Shown here: piece after piece, positions 1 to 15,791 of the stretch
How the letters are laid out: each line of letters starts with the position of its first letter
How positions within the stretch are numbered: position 1 is the stretch's first letter
DNA from: the human T2T-CHM13v2.0 reference genome, Homo sapiens
Reading direction: 5' to 3' (one strand)
NCBI RefSeq assembly: GCF_009914755.1
Contig: NC_060930.1
DNA length: 64,000 bases
Translations under genes and position numbers: made by a program
The notes under the pieces: generated by a model
The model's database searches: none
What the model saw: only the letters and a program-made list of their open reading frames with translations
Told to the model about the DNA's origin: nothing

Positions 1-34
1 ACTCCAGCCTGGGTGACAGAGCGAGACTCCATCT

Positions 35-66
<32 letters not shown>
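1..66 (+). mobile_element. Alu 3' end with 31-nt poly(A), cut by the window edge
   Basis: ACTCCAGCCTGGGTGACAGAGCGAGACTCCATCTC followed by an A-run at 36-66. Confidence 0.95.
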
Positions 67-71
<5 letters not shown>

Positions 72-441
72 ATGTTGGCACTCAATTAGATGCAAAACCC
101 CCAACAATGGGCAGGAATTATCCATACTATTCATATGTGAGACTCCTGACTTTACGGTTAGGAAAAGAGATTGACAGGAAATGAGAAAAGCCTTTAGAGG
201 ATTGAGAGTTGGTTTCACTCTTTCCACATGGAGGAAAACTGTTCTCCCCCTATTATCTATTAAATATTTAATTATCAGTATAGCATGGACACCAACCAAT
301 TAGAATATTATTTCCTCCCAATGCCTATGTGCCCTGACTACAGCTCTTTCCATTTCTTTTTTCTTAATGTGTTTCCTCTTCTTTGCTCTTTTAATCCTCT
401 TCCTCTTTCTCCTCCTCTTTCTTTCATCAAAAATGAATGAT

Positions 442-738
442 GGTCTGGGAGCAGTGGCTCACACCTGTAATCCCACCACTTTGGGAGGTGGAAGCAGGCA
501 GATCGCTTGAGCCCAGGAGTTTGAGCCCAGCCTGGGCAACGTGGTGAAACCCCGTCTGTACAAGAAATACAAAAAGTAGCTGGGCGTGGTGGCTTAAGCC
601 TGTAGTCCCAGCTCCAGGACGCTGAGGTAGGAGGATTGCTTGAGCCAAGGAGGTTGAGACTGCAGTGAGCCATGATTGTACCACTGCACTCCAGCCTGGG
701 CGAGACTCTATCTCTTAAAAAGAAGAAGAAAAAAAAAA
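442..738 (+). mobile_element. Alu (AluJ-like)
   Basis: Dimeric Alu with J-type GATCGCTTGAGCCCAGGAGTT; AATGATGGT on both sides as a probable TSD. Confidence 0.92.
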
Positions 739-1644
739 TGATGGTGCCTCTATAGGGCCAAGACAGAGGAAAAAAAATTTTCAGCCCCATTTTCCCTACC
801 TCAAATTATTTTTATGGTATACAGTCCTACTACTAGCCATAGGGATTTTGTTTCCTTAATGGATTGACAATACAGCAAAAATATTGATTGAATAATTTTT
901 TTTGCAATGAAAATGGCAATTTGCTAGAGCAACAGAAAAACAAAATCATGTTTTAGCTGGAAAAAAAAATATCCAAAGCCAAAATTATCTTGTGGTCTGT
1001 CACAGCCAGAAATGTCAATAGAGGTAAGAGCAACTAGTCATCTCCCAATCGGCAGTGCTGAAGGCAAGAAGGAGAAAATAAACATGGGAGTAGGATGAAG
1101 GAAATGAATGAGACCCGCAAGAAACTGGAGCAAAGAGAGCTAAGAGCCACTGTGAACAACCTCTGTCAACCTTTTCAGATGCACTGCCTTCATCTCTTAC
1201 CTACTCATTGATCATAAGGAAATAAACCACAACACCTTTATAAATTGTTGCTTAACCACCAACGGCCATAAACAGTGGCATAATGTTAAATTCTGTCCTC
1301 CTCCATCTCCTTGTCTTTCCCGACAGCCTTCTAAAAATGCTCAGTCAAGATTGGGTTGAAAGATGGATGATTGGAAATCCACTCTCATACTGTCTCATCC
1401 AAACTCATGGTAGATAACCTCAGCCCCTACATGTGACTATCTGGAATCTGCAGGAATGGATGCCCTGGGAACAAGCCTCTAAAGCTTGAGAGCATAGGCG
1501 TACTCATGCTCTTGGGGGCTAACGATGGTCTTTGGGAGATATTAGTACCTGAAGCCATGGAATAAACTTGATGGTGCTTGTCTTGTTGATTTTACTCAAA
1601 GATTTGGTAGAGAGAATTATTTTTTATTTTAATGCAAACATGGA

Positions 1645-1671
1645 GTGTGTGTGTGTGTGTGTGTGTGTGTG
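1645..1671. repeat. (GT)13 microsatellite
   Basis: Direct reading. Confidence 0.97.
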
Positions 1672-2731
1672 ATAAAAAATAGCTGCAACGATTTTAAAGA
1701 TAAAACAAGGAACTTCTAAAAATTATATGCCTGCCTCTGCCTGCTTCAAGCTCTGACCTCAGAACTTAAGAGGTATTCCTTCACTCTCCTTTGCCACTAG
1801 GGAATAATTCAGAAGAAATATGTAAACACTGCTTCCTTAAGAACATAATTTGCTTTTCCCCACTATACCAGCGCTCTGTTGTACCTTCCAGCATCCACCC
1901 TACCCCAAAATTAATAGGTGGTGAGTCATTGCTGAGTTGTTTTAACTTTGGGGACCAGCAGGCTTGGTGTCTTTTCCAGGATGAATGGGGGAGAGGGAAA
2001 TGAGATAAGGGAGGGAAGTCTGCCTCTGAGAGCTGAGAATAAAAACTCACATCATTCGAGTGAATAAAATTACATCTTCACTTCTCTGGGAAAAACTTCA
2101 GAGGTAGGGGATGGCATTTTCCAATTCTAGGGAATGAAATTAGCTCCTCAAGTTTAAAACTTCCTAGAAACCACTGCAGTGAGTTGAAGATGGGGTTGGG
2201 GGAGTGATAGGGAGACTTTTATTCCCCTGACTTATCTATTCTTTGTTTTGGTTCCTAACTGGGTCATTGTATTGGCAGGGGGCCTTCAGCTTCAAACTAT
2301 GTCTTTTCACAGTTTCCAGTCATTTTCATTGAAGGGGAAACCTTCCTCTTTAATGAAGGCTCTCAACCACCTGTTATCTGGAAGAAATCTTAGTTAAAAA
2401 TGGGTCATCCTTAGAAGGAATCTGAAGGAGGGGTGGGTGGGAGGAGCGAAGGACCTCCTGAAAGGAGGTCAAATCACACTGGAAAAAATCAAAATCGCAG
2501 TGTTTGTGGAGATGAGCTGTCTCTTAGCATCCTTCTTTGCTCCCTATCACAAGTATCATCATGCTAGAGCCAGCCATTGTCACCTGGGGACCTGCAACGC
2601 CACCATTTATTTCATCCATTTATACCAGAAACATTTATTAACCACTTGTATATGTTGACATGCATGCTAGAGATTCAAAGATGGATGGCTTGATTTTTCA
2701 GAAAGCTCATCATCCATAAATAGGTGATTAT

Positions 2732-3031
2732 AGCCAGGCGCGGTGGCTCACACCTGTAGTCCCAGCACTTTCGGAGGCCAAGGCAGGCAGATCACCTGAG
2801 GTCAGGAGTTCAAGACCAGCCTGGCCAACATGGTGAAACCCCATCTCTACTAAAAATACAAAAATTAGCTGGGCACGGTGGCACACATCTGTAATCCTAG
2901 CTACTCAGGAGGCTGAGGCATGAAAATCACTTGAACACAGGAGGTGAAGGTTGCAGTGAGCCGAGGTTGAACCACTACACTCCAACTTGGGTGGCAGAGT
3001 GAGACTCCATCTCATAAATAAAAATAAAAAA
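2732..3031 (+). mobile_element. Alu (AluS-like)
   Basis: Full dimer with CACCTGAGGTCAGGAG; degenerate TSD AAATAGGTGATTATA / AAATAGATAATTATA. Confidence 0.93.
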
Positions 3032-3789
3032 ATAGATAATTATAAAATGATGAAAAGGTAATAATAGAAGTAGCCTCAGGTTATTATGAGAGCTCCGATA
3101 GTGGTCACCATGCTGAACTGTCAGGGATCATGAAAGCTTGAGATGGTGGCTAGGAATGATCTGGCCCCTGTCTACTTCTTCAGCCTTACCTAATTCCACT
3201 CTCCACTATGCTGTGGCTGCACAGACTGCTTCTTTTGTTCTTCTCACATGCCATATCCTTTCCTGGTGTAGAGCCTTTACTGCTACTGTCCCCTCTGCCA
3301 GGAGTACTCCTGTTCGTGGCTTGGCTGCCTCCCTCATTCTTTATTTGCATTCAGTGCTGTTTTCTGGGAGAGGCCTCTCCCAACCACCCTAGCTAAAGCA
3401 CCCTATGTTAATTAGGGTAGGTTAAGCTATGGTGCACAATGCCTTAAGGACAATGAGGTTCATTTGTCACTCAGAATAGCCATGGTGGGTGTTCCTGGTT
3501 GGCAAGTGACTCTCTTGATGCAAGGATTCAAGGCTCCCTCCTGTGGTCCTGCCTTCTCCTTGGGCTTTCTTGTTGCCGACATCTCACATGCCCATGTATA
3601 TAAAAGTTTGATCTAGAAATGGTGTATATCACTTCTGCCAACATTCCATTGGGATGAAGATGCAAAAAGAGGCTAGGAAATGTAGTCTAGCAATGTGCTG
3701 AGGAAAAGGGCAAGGAGACATTTGTGCATTGTGTGAATTCCCTCATACAGCCCATTAATCCACACAACATCCTCCACTTACTGTCTTTA

Positions 3790-3990
3790 CGGCACTTATT
3801 ACACACCTGCCATCACCTTGTTTACTGATGTACACTATTGTTAGGTTGGCTCCCTCCACCACAGTCAGTTCTGTGCAGACAGGGATCTCGCCTGCTTAGT
3901 TCATACTGTATCCCTTCTCTTAGCAGAGTATTTGATGCCCAGCACAGTCAGCAAAAAATTGTCTACTGAATTAGCAAATGGATGAATGAG
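3790..3990 (+). mobile_element. L2 3' end fragment
   Basis: Resembles the L2 terminus (GGCACTTATTACA...CAGGGATCTCGCCTGCTTAGTTCATACTGTATCCC...GGATGAATGA). Confidence 0.6.
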
Positions 3991-4009
3991 CAAAATCTTA
4001 AAGATCAGC

Positions 4010-4436
<427 letters not shown>

Positions 4437-4939
4437 TCAAGGAACAGCTGCAGATAGTGCCAGAGATCTAGGGAGGAAAATATCTTTTGCTTTTCCATTC
4501 TTCAAAGACTTTTAATACTGAACATTAGTTTTATAATTTTTATAATTTTCATTGTTCATGAGCCTCAAGAGGTTTCTTTTTTCTGCAATATGCTCCAAAG
4601 GCCTTCCATGGTTTCATCCAACTGTATTCCTCCAACACGATTTCTAACTGTTCTTCCATCTTCCTATATTCCCCATGTGAATTTCCATCGCCTTTTCTCC
4701 GTTACTCCCCTGGTGCTATTCTCTCACCTGGTATACCATCCTTCTTTTCCCCAAGGTGTTACTTGTGTTCTAGTTAAACTTTATATTTTCTTTAATCACT
4801 GCAGCCTGCAGTTATCTCTCCTTTCTCTGAATTTCTTTTATTTAGTATTTAATTAGCTATAAAGTATCTAGTAAGTCTCTCCTATGTTATAGTTTAATTA
4901 CATGTGTGGTAGTCTTGTCTCACTGCCACTATATATATA

Positions 4940-5217
4940 TTTTAGAGAGAGAGTCTTCCCCTGTTGCTCAGGTTGGGTGTGATCATGGCTCACTGCAGCC
5001 CTGAACTCCTGGGCTCAAGTGATCCTCCCACCTGAGCCTCCTCAGTAGCTGGGACTACAGGCACACCACCACACCTGGCTAATTTTAAAAATTTTTTGTA
5101 GACAAGGAGTCTCAGTATGTTACCCAGGTTGGTCTCAAACTACTGGCTGCAAACAATCCTCCCACCTTGGCCTCTCAAAATGCTGGGATTACAGGCGTGA
5201 GCCATTGTGTCTGACCA
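4940..5217 (-). mobile_element. Alu (AluJ-like)
   Basis: Antisense Alu motifs CTCCTGGGCTCAAGTGATCCTCCC and GCTGGGATTACAGGCGTGAGCCA. Confidence 0.9.
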
Positions 5218-6743
5218 TCACTGATGATGTTTTTATGTCCTGGGATACAGGGACTATGTCTTAGACTTCTGATCTGACATCATCCATTAATTTAACAAAA
5301 TGTACTGTGCATCTCACAGCCCCGGACCAGAGATATAATACATTCTGTCATCCACAGTGTTTCCAACAGTGACAAATAATGGAGATGCAAAGTTGCATAA
5401 GACCAAGTCCTTATTCTTGAGACACACACAGCCTTATGGCAGAGACAGGTAATTGCAGGGCCAGGAGTAGGGATCGATTTCCTTCTAATCAACATTTAGG
5501 GAGTATGTCCCAGTTGTAGAAAGGATCCAGTGGACCATGTTGTCACCTGTCACTGCTGTCAGTCTCTCCTCTAATCCCTTGGGTAGAAAAAGAGCTGTTA
5601 CAAATTCTAGCTAATGACTCCATTCACATTGCCAGAGTGTTGTTTTAAAGCTTTCAAAGGAAACTAAAATTTCAGTTAGTTCAAGGAAAAGGGCATTACT
5701 ACCAAATGTTACATCTGTTGGTTTATGATCGGGAAGATAAACCCCGCAGTTCACTTGGGTTTTATTGGAGCCACAGGAAACAAGCTGTTGGCTATCAGTA
5801 AGCATTAACCCCTGGCTGGGGGGAGATGATGACCTAAGGACCGTTTCTTGTCCTGCTGAATTTTTAGAGGCAGCCTATGCTCTGAAAGGAGCTAAAATGG
5901 GCAGTGGCGGCACTCTATTTTTTCCTTTTCCCAGCCTCATTTTCCAATGCTGTTATCAGGGACAGTTTTGACATATTATGCTTTCTAAAGGGGAGAGGGA
6001 GAAGCTCAGGTCTGTAGCAGGATGAGAACGTCTGCTTTCCTCAATAAAGTCATCTTATATTCCTTATTCAGTGTCACCCTGGGCATCCAACATTTCTTTT
6101 GTACTGTTAGTCTATATAAATGCCCCTCTCTTCTGACTTTATATTCTCTCCTTGAAGGAAAATGCAGCTGGACAATCACAGTGAACTATGGGGCAAGAAG
6201 AACACACATATCTGAATCTAGTGCATTTATCTATTCAGTTATTTGCAAGAGTGAGAAACAGGAGGAGGATGGGTGAGTGAACTCTGCCTTCATATTTTTT
6301 AGAAATTCCTGTCTCCTGTACTGGACCTTTGACAAACAAAAATATCTCTATCCTTTCACACTTTTACCTCTTGACCTTACCCAATCCATTTTCCAGTGGG
6401 CTCACAGGGATGGCTAGAGGGAGAAGGGAGAAATTCAGTGGTCTAGATAATTCCTGAGTTGGATATTTAGAGCTAAAATTGTCAGCCAGCTGTCTTGGCA
6501 TTTCTTGTGTACCCTCTTCCTTTTATCATCCCCCATTCACCCATCTTGTCTATGCCCCATGATTCCAATGTTATTGGCTTAGTGCCAATCCAAGGCTGAG
6601 GTCTCTCAGCCTGTAACCTCAGGCCCTTCATTCCACACGTTTAGCAAGGACAGCTGGTGCTCACTAAGTAATCCAGGAGCTCCCACATATTCCCAGGCCC
6701 CTTTGGAGTAGATTGGGGCCACACAACTAGTTCTGACCAATAG

Positions 6744-7415
<672 letters not shown>

Positions 7416-8199
7416 AATGGCCTGGGAACAGAAATGGCAGGTGAAACTTCTGGAATAAGGCCACTAGGAGCCTGATGTCTCTTTTATTCCTCTCTTTCAC
7501 TGGAGGACACATACTCCAGATGTTGTAGCATCAAGAGGAAATTACATCAGATTTTACATAAGCAAGAAATAAACCTTTATTATATTCAGTCTCTGATATA
7601 TGGGTATTTGTCTGTTGCTGCAGTTAGCTTTAATTATTTGAACAAACCTCATAGCTCAAAGCAGCATTCCCAGACCTTATGTCTTTCATAGCTTATTTTA
7701 AAATACTGTTTTTTGGAAGCACATTTAAAGGACTTTAAAAGCTTAAAACCAGTATCAATAATTACTACACAGCTACAGCAGCAGCAGAATTATGCCATAT
7801 AGCATTTACAAAAGCATCCATAATCATTGGACTTTCCTTTGAATGCCCTTCACCATAGCTCTTGTTTGAAAAGGGCTATCTTCTATCTGTTCAGGTTGTC
7901 ATATAGATGTATGGGAAATGTTTTGTGTAATTCAGTAAACACGCAATTTTTAAAAATTGCAGCCATTTCTGCAAGTCTCTATGCTATGTTGCATGAACTG
8001 CTCAGCTCAATATTTCTCCCATATGCATTGCTACAATGGCATATTTTTTGGTTAAAGCACACTTTAGTGATAAATAAAGATCAAACATGTGGCAATGTTT
8101 GTGGTGTATTCGTATGCCACTAACCTGTAGTGTGAAGCTCATGTGCATCACATCAGGACCTTATTCCAATTGTTCCCGAATGTTTGAGTCTCACAACAG

Positions 8200-8462
8200 T
8201 CATGCTCAGACCATGCCTGTCTCTGAAATCTTAATTTCCATTGCTACTACTTTCCCTCACATCTTTGCTCATGTTGTCTTCTCTGGCATTAACACCCTCC
8301 TTCTTTTGTCCTTTTACATTTCCTATTCTCTCTCTCTTTCTTTCCAAGAGGCCAATTTCTACCTATATTTTAGGATCCAGCTCAAGCATCACCTCCTCCA
8401 CAAAGCTTTTTCTAACCCCCTCATCAGCTCCCAGAGCATCCTGTGCTTATTTCTAGCACAGC
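8200..8462 (+). mobile_element. L2 fragment; probable continuation at 29170-29280
   Basis: CAGCTCAAGCATCACCTCCTCCACAAAGCTTTTTCTAACC resembles L2; the L2-terminal GGCACACAGTTGGTGCTCA...GAATAAGTGA lies at 29212-29260. Confidence 0.6.
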
Positions 8463-9420
8463 AAGTGTCCAAGTACAATTCAATGGGTTTAGTATATTTA
8501 TGAATATATGCAACCATCACCATAGTCACTTTCAGACCATTTTTATCGCCTCGGAAAGAAACCCCTACATTTAGCCATCATTCCCCTTGTACTCCCACTC
8601 CTTCCCGCTAACTAATTAGTAATTAGTAGAATTACTAATCTACCTCCTATCTCTAGAGGTTTGCTGCACGTTCCATGTAAATGAAATCATGTAATATTAT
8701 GAATGGCTTCTTTCACTTAACATAATGTTTTCAAGGTTCATCTGTGTTGTAGCATCTATTAAAATTTCATTCCTTTTTATTGCTGAATAATATCTAATTG
8801 TATGGATATACCAGTTTGTTTATCCATTCAAAGTTTTTACTTTTTGGCTATTATGTATAATGCTGCCATGCATATTTATGTGCAAGTTTTTGTGCTTACA
8901 TGTTTTCAGTTCTCTTGGATATATCAAAGAGGAGTTTCTGGTCCATATAGTAACTCTATGTTTGACCATTTGAAGAACAATTACCCTGTTTTCGAAAGTG
9001 CCTGGACCGTCAGTAGTGTATGAGAGTTCAGTTTCTCCACAGCCTTTTTACTCCTTTTTACTATCTGACTAATGATTCTAGACATCTTAACGAGTGTGAA
9101 GGGTATCTCATTGTGGCTTTGATTTGCCTTTTTCTGATGACTAATGATGTTGAGCATTTTTCATGAGCTTATTGGCCATTTGTACACCTTCTCTGGAGAA
9201 ATGTTTATCCAGATACTTTGAACATTTTTAAATTGAGTTGTCTTTTCATTATTGAGTTGTGAGAGTTCTTTAAAAAATTCTATATATCTCTCATGAGATA
9301 TATGATTTATAAATATTTTCTCTCATTCTGCGTGTTGTCTTTTTCCTTTTTCTTGATGGTGTCCCATTAAACACAAAAAAATGCATTTTTATGAAATAAT
9401 ATTTATCTTTGTATTTTTCT

Positions 9421-11328
9421 TTTTTAACCTTTATTTTAGGTTTGGGGGTATATGTGAAGGTTTGTTACATAGGTGAACGCATGTCATGGGGGCTTTGTTG
9501 TACAGATTATCTCATCACCCAAGTATTAAGCCGAGTACCTAATAGTTATCCTTTCTGCTCTTCTCCCTCCTCCCATGTTTCACCATCTAGTAGACCCATG
9601 TCTGTTGTTCCCTTCTTTGTGTTCATGTGTTCTTATCATTTAGCTCCCACTTATAAGTGAGAGCATGTGGTATTTGGTTTTCTGTTCCTGCGTTAGTTTG
9701 CTTAGGATAATGGCCTCCAGCTCCACCTATGTTCCTGCAAAAGACATGATTTCATTCTTTTTTATGGCTGCATAGTATTCCACGATGTATATGCACCACA
9801 TTTTCTTTATCCAATCTGTCATTGATGGGCATTTAGGTTGATTCCATGTCTTTGCTATTGTGAATAGTGCTACAGTTAACATTTATGTGCATGTATCTTT
9901 ATGATAGAATGATTTACATTCTTCTGAGCATATACTCAGTAATGGGATTGCTGGGTCGAATGGTAGTTCTGCTTTTAGCTCTTTGAGAAATTGCCATATT
10001 GCTTTCCACAATAGTTGAACTAATTTACACCCCCACCAACAGTGTATAAATGTTCCTTTTCTCTGCAAATCTGCCAGCATCTGTTATTGTTTGACTTTTT
10101 AGTAATAGTTATTCTGACTGGTGCGAGATGGTATCTCATTGTAGTTTTGATTTTCACTTCTTTAATGATCAGTGATATTGAACTTTTTCATATGCTTGTT
10201 GGCTGCATGTATGTCTTCTTTTGAAAAGTATTGGTTCATGTCCTTTGCCGACTTTTTAATAGGGTTGTTTGTTTTTCTCTTGTAATTTTTTTCAAGTTTC
10301 TTGTAGATGCTAGATAAACTTTTGTCAGATACATAGTTTACAATTTTTTCCTCCCATTCTATAGGTTGTCTGTTTACTCTGTTGATAGTCTCCTTTGCTG
10401 TGCAGAAGCTCTTAAGTTTAATTAGATTCCATTTGTCAATTTTTGCTTTTGTTCAGATTGTTTTTGGTGTCTTTTTCATGAAATCTTTGCCCATTCCTGT
10501 GTCCAGGATGGTATTGACTAAGTTGTCTTCTGGGTTTTTATAGTTTTTGGTTTTACATTTAAGTCTTTAATCCATCTCAAGTTGATTTTTGTATATGGTG
10601 TAAATAAGGAGTCCAGCTCCAATCTTCTGCATATGGCTAGCTTGTTGTCCCAGCACCATTTATTGAAAAGGGAGTCCTTTCCCCATTGCTTTTTTTTTGT
10701 TAGCTTTGTCGAAGATCAGACAGTCGTAGGTGTGAAGCCTTATTTCTGGGCTCTCTATTCTGTTTCATTGGTCTATTTGCTTGTTTTTGTACCAGTACTA
10801 TGCCGTTTTGGTTACTGTAGCCCTGTAGTATAGCTTGACGTTGGGTAACGTGATGCCTCCAGCTTTTTGCTTAGGATTGCCTTGGCTATTTTTGCTCTTT
10901 TTTTGGCTCCACATGAATTTTACAATAGTCTTTTCTAGTTCTGTGAAGAATGTCATTGGTAGTTTGATAGGAATAGCATTGAATCTGTGAATTGCTTTGG
11001 GCAATATATAGCCCTTTTGATGATACTGAGTCTTCCTGTCCATGATCATGGGATGTTTTCCATTTATTTGTGTCTTCTCTGATTTCTTTCCACAGTGTTT
11101 TGTAATTCTCACTGTAAAGATCTTTCACCTCCCTGGTTAGATGTATTCCTAGGTATTTTATTCTTTTTGTGGCAATTATGAATGAGACTGCCTTCCTAAT
11201 TTGGCTCTTGACTTGGCTATTGTTGGTGTATAGGAAATCTAGTGATTTTTGTACACTGATTTGGTATCCTGAAACTTTGCTGAAGTTGTCTACCAGCTGA
11301 AGGAGCCTTTGGGCCAAGGATATGGGGT
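9421..11328 (-). mobile_element. 5'-truncated L1PA15/16-like LINE inserted in the older L1M
   Basis: Primate L1 3'UTR at ~9425-9800; ORF2 remnants ([35 protein letters not shown]; [26 protein letters not shown]); TSD-like TTTTCTTTT on both sides; host sequence resumes at 11329. Confidence 0.88.
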
Positions 11329-12912
11329 ACTTTTCTTTTGTTGCTTGTACCATTGGTGTCATATATAAGAATCCACGATTCCAATCTAAGAATTCAAAGT
11401 CATGAAGATGTACTACTGTGTTTTCTTCTAAGAGTTTTACTATATTAGTTCTTAAAATTAGGTTTTATATCTATTTTGAACTAAATTTTGTATATAGTGT
11501 GAGGTAGGGATCTGACTTCATTCTTTTCTATATGGATATTCTGTTGTCCCACTAGCAATTGTCAAAAAATGATTTTTTTCCTTATTGAAGTTTCTTGGTA
11601 CTCCTGTTGAAAATCAATTGACCAAAAGCATGAGAGTTTAATTCTATGCTCTCAATTCTATGATTCATGTGATAGACATACAATCCATATGTTTATTCTT
11701 TTGCCAGTACCACTTTGTCTTGATTACTGTTGCTTTGTAGTAAGTTTTGAAATCAGGGACTGTGAGTTTTCCAATTTTGTTCTTCTTTTTCAAGATTGTT
11801 TTGGCTATTCCTGGTCACTTGCAATTCCATATGTATTTTAGAATCAGCTTGTCAATTTTTACAAAGAAGCCAGCTGGGATTCTGATAGAGATTGCATTAA
11901 ATATGTAGCTCAATTTTGGGAGCATTGCCATCTTAAAAATATTACATCTTCCTATCCATGAACACGTGGTATTTTTTATTTATTTAGATCTTCTTTAATT
12001 TCTTTCAACAATGTTTCATAATTTTTAGCATATAAGTTTTGTGCTTCTTTTGTTAAAAATTTCTTAAGTAGTTTATTTTTATACCATTATAAATGGAATC
12101 ATTTTCTTAATTTTATTTTCAGGTTGCTCATTGCAAGTGTGTAGAAATACAATTGATTTTTGTATATTTTTTTTAATCCAGAAAACTAGCTGAATTTATT
12201 AGTTCTTATAGTGTTTCAGTGTATTACAGAACATATTCTATGTCAAGATCATGTCATCTGTGAATAGAGATAATTTTAATTTTTCCTTTCCAATTTGGAT
12301 GAATTTTATTTCTTTTTCTTGCTTAATTGACCTAGCTAGAACTTCTAGTACAATGTTGATTGGAAGTGGCAAGACTGAACATTCTTAATTTGGTTCTGAT
12401 TTTAGGGGGAAAGCATCCAGTCTTTCACCATTAAATATAATGTCAGCTATGGGTTTTTCATAAGTGCCCTCTATCAGGTTAAGAAAGTTTCCCTCCATTT
12501 ATATTTGTGTTTTTCAAGCTATCATTTTTAGTTTAATTCCACTATGGTATGAGAACATACATTGGATGATTTCTATTATTTTAAATTTGTTAAGATATGT
12601 TTTATGGCCCTGAATGTGGTCTATCTTGGAGAATGTTCTATGTGAACTTGAGAAGAATGTGTATTGTGTTCTTGTTGGAGGAAGTGGTCTATAGATGTCA
12701 ATTATATTCAATTAATTCACTGTGGTGATGTGTTCAACTATGTCCTTACTAATTTTCTGCCTGATGGATCTGTCCATTTCTGATAGATGGGTTTTGAAGT
12801 CTCCAACTCTGCTGGTGGATTCAAATACTTCTCCTTGCAATTCTATCAGTTTTTGTTCCATGTGTTTTGCCTCTCTGTTGCTAGGTGCATACACATTAAG
12901 AATTTTTATGTT

Positions 12913-13248
<336 letters not shown>

Positions 13249-15435
13249 TTATGTGTTCTGGAGAAATTGGCCGCTTTTTTATTACATAATGCTCCTCTGT
13301 GTTCCTCATAATTTTCCTTACTTTGATCTGTCTGAAATTAGTATATTCTACTTTAGCTTTCTTATAATTAATGTTAGTATAATTTTCTCTATCCTTTTAC
13401 TTTTCATCTGTATGTGTCTTTGTATTTAAGGGGGATTTCTTGCAGGCAACATATAGTTGGGTCTTGTTTTTTGCTCTAATCTGACAACTTCTGTTTTCTA
13501 AAGGGTGCATTTAGACCATTGATGTTTAAAGTGATTATTGAAATAGTTAGATTAATATCTGCCATATTTGTTACAGTTTTCTATTTGTTCCCCTTTTTCC
13601 TTTTCCTAGTTTCATCTTCACTCTTTTTCTGCCTTTGTAGTTGAGCATTTTATATAATTCTACTTTTTCTCATTTCTTAGTATATATATTATACTTCTTT
13701 TTTTACTTTTTAAAGTGAGTATCCAAGATTTTCCAATATACATTTACAACTAATCAAATTCCACTTTTGAGTAACATTATGCTGATTCACACGTAGAGCA
13801 TACCTCATAATAAGAAAACATTCCCAATTCCTCCCTCCCATTTCTTGTGTCATTTCTGTCATTCATTTCACTCATACATAAGCTATAACCATCAAATACA
13901 TTGCTGCTAATATTATTTTGCACAAACTTTCATCTGTTAGATCAATTAAAAATAAGCAAAATAAAAGCTTCTATTTTATCTTCACTTATTTCTTTTCCAG
14001 CGCTCTTCTTTTCTTTATGTAGATTCAAGTCTCTAACTTATACCATTTTCCTTCTCTCTGAAGGACTTTTTTTTTTTTAACATTTCTTTCAAGGCAGTTC
14101 TACTGGCAACACATTCCCTCAAATTTGTTTGTCTGAGAGTCTTTTTTTCTCCTTTACTTGTGAAGGACCATTTTGCAGGATACATATTTCTAGGTTTGTG
14201 GATTTTTTTTTCTCTCGATACTTTAAATATTTCACTCCACTCTCTTCTTGCTTGCGTAATTTCTGAGGCTCCATAAGATTTAATTCTCATATTTGCTATA
14301 CTGTAGGTAGGGTGTCCCTACCCTCCCCTGGGCATCTTTCAAGATTCTTTTTTTCTCTTTGATTCTCTGAAGTTTAAAAACAACATGCCTAGACGCAGTA
14401 TTTTGGGCATTTGTCCTGAGCATTATGGATCTGCAGTTTGGCATCTGACATTAACTTGGGGAAAATTATCAGTCATGATTACTTCAATTATTTCTTCTGT
14501 TCCTTTTTCTCTTTGTTTTCCTTCTGATAGTTCCATTATGTTACACCTTTGGTAGTTGTATCACAGTTCTTGAATATTCTGTTCTTTTCTTTAATCAGTC
14601 TTTTTCGTTTTTGCTTTTCAGTTTTGGAAGTTTTTACCGACATATCCTCAAGATCAGAGAGTCTTTCTTCAGGTGTTCCAAATCTAATAAAACGTCTACT
14701 TTCATTTCTGTTTCAGTATTTTTGACCTCTAGCATTAAAAAAAAAATTCTTTCTTAGAATTTCCATCTCTCTACTTATAGTACTCATCAGTTCTTACATG
14801 TTGTCTACTTTTTCCATAAGAGGCTTTAGCAATATTAATCATAGTTGTTATTAATTCCCAGTCTGATAATTCCAACATCCCTTCCATATCTGACTCTGGT
14901 TCTAATGCTTGCTCTGTCTCATAAACCAAGTTTTTTGCCTTTTAGTATGCCTTGTAATTTTTGTTCCAAGTTGAACATGATGTATGAGCTAAAAGGAACC
15001 TTCGTAAATAGGTCTTCAATGATGTGGTGGTAAGTTGTAGGGGCTGAGGGAATAGGAAGTGTTCTAGAGTCCTGTGATTTAGTCTCAGACCTTTGATGAA
15101 CCTATGCTGGTGGGCTGTGAATTTCACAAGTGCTTTTCAGTTTCCTCCACCCCTCCTTCTTCTGAGATGGGACAGGATGTCAACAGTGGGTATTTCCTTT
15201 CCCCCACATGGATAGTTTGAGAGGGCTGGAGTTCAGTTTCCCCTTCCCCCAGGTCTTTTGGGTTCTAACAAAATCCTAGCAGATTAGACTCTGGTAAAAT
15301 AGTTTCTCTTGATGGCAGGTCTTGTTAAGAACAGAATTCTCTGATGTATTTCAAAATGATGGTTTTATCCTCCCCCTATAAGGGGATTTTTCTCCAATAT
15401 TCACTGTGAGAACCTGGGAGAGCTCCTGAGGGTAA

Positions 15436-15791
<356 letters not shown>

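Noticed and set aside
338-790. 150-aa ORF and the many similar 'SPRLECSG...' ORFs
   Set aside because: Translations of Alu sequence; a well-known artefact.
8087-8503. 138-aa ORF
   Set aside because: Largely overlaps an L2 fragment; no protein similarity recognised.
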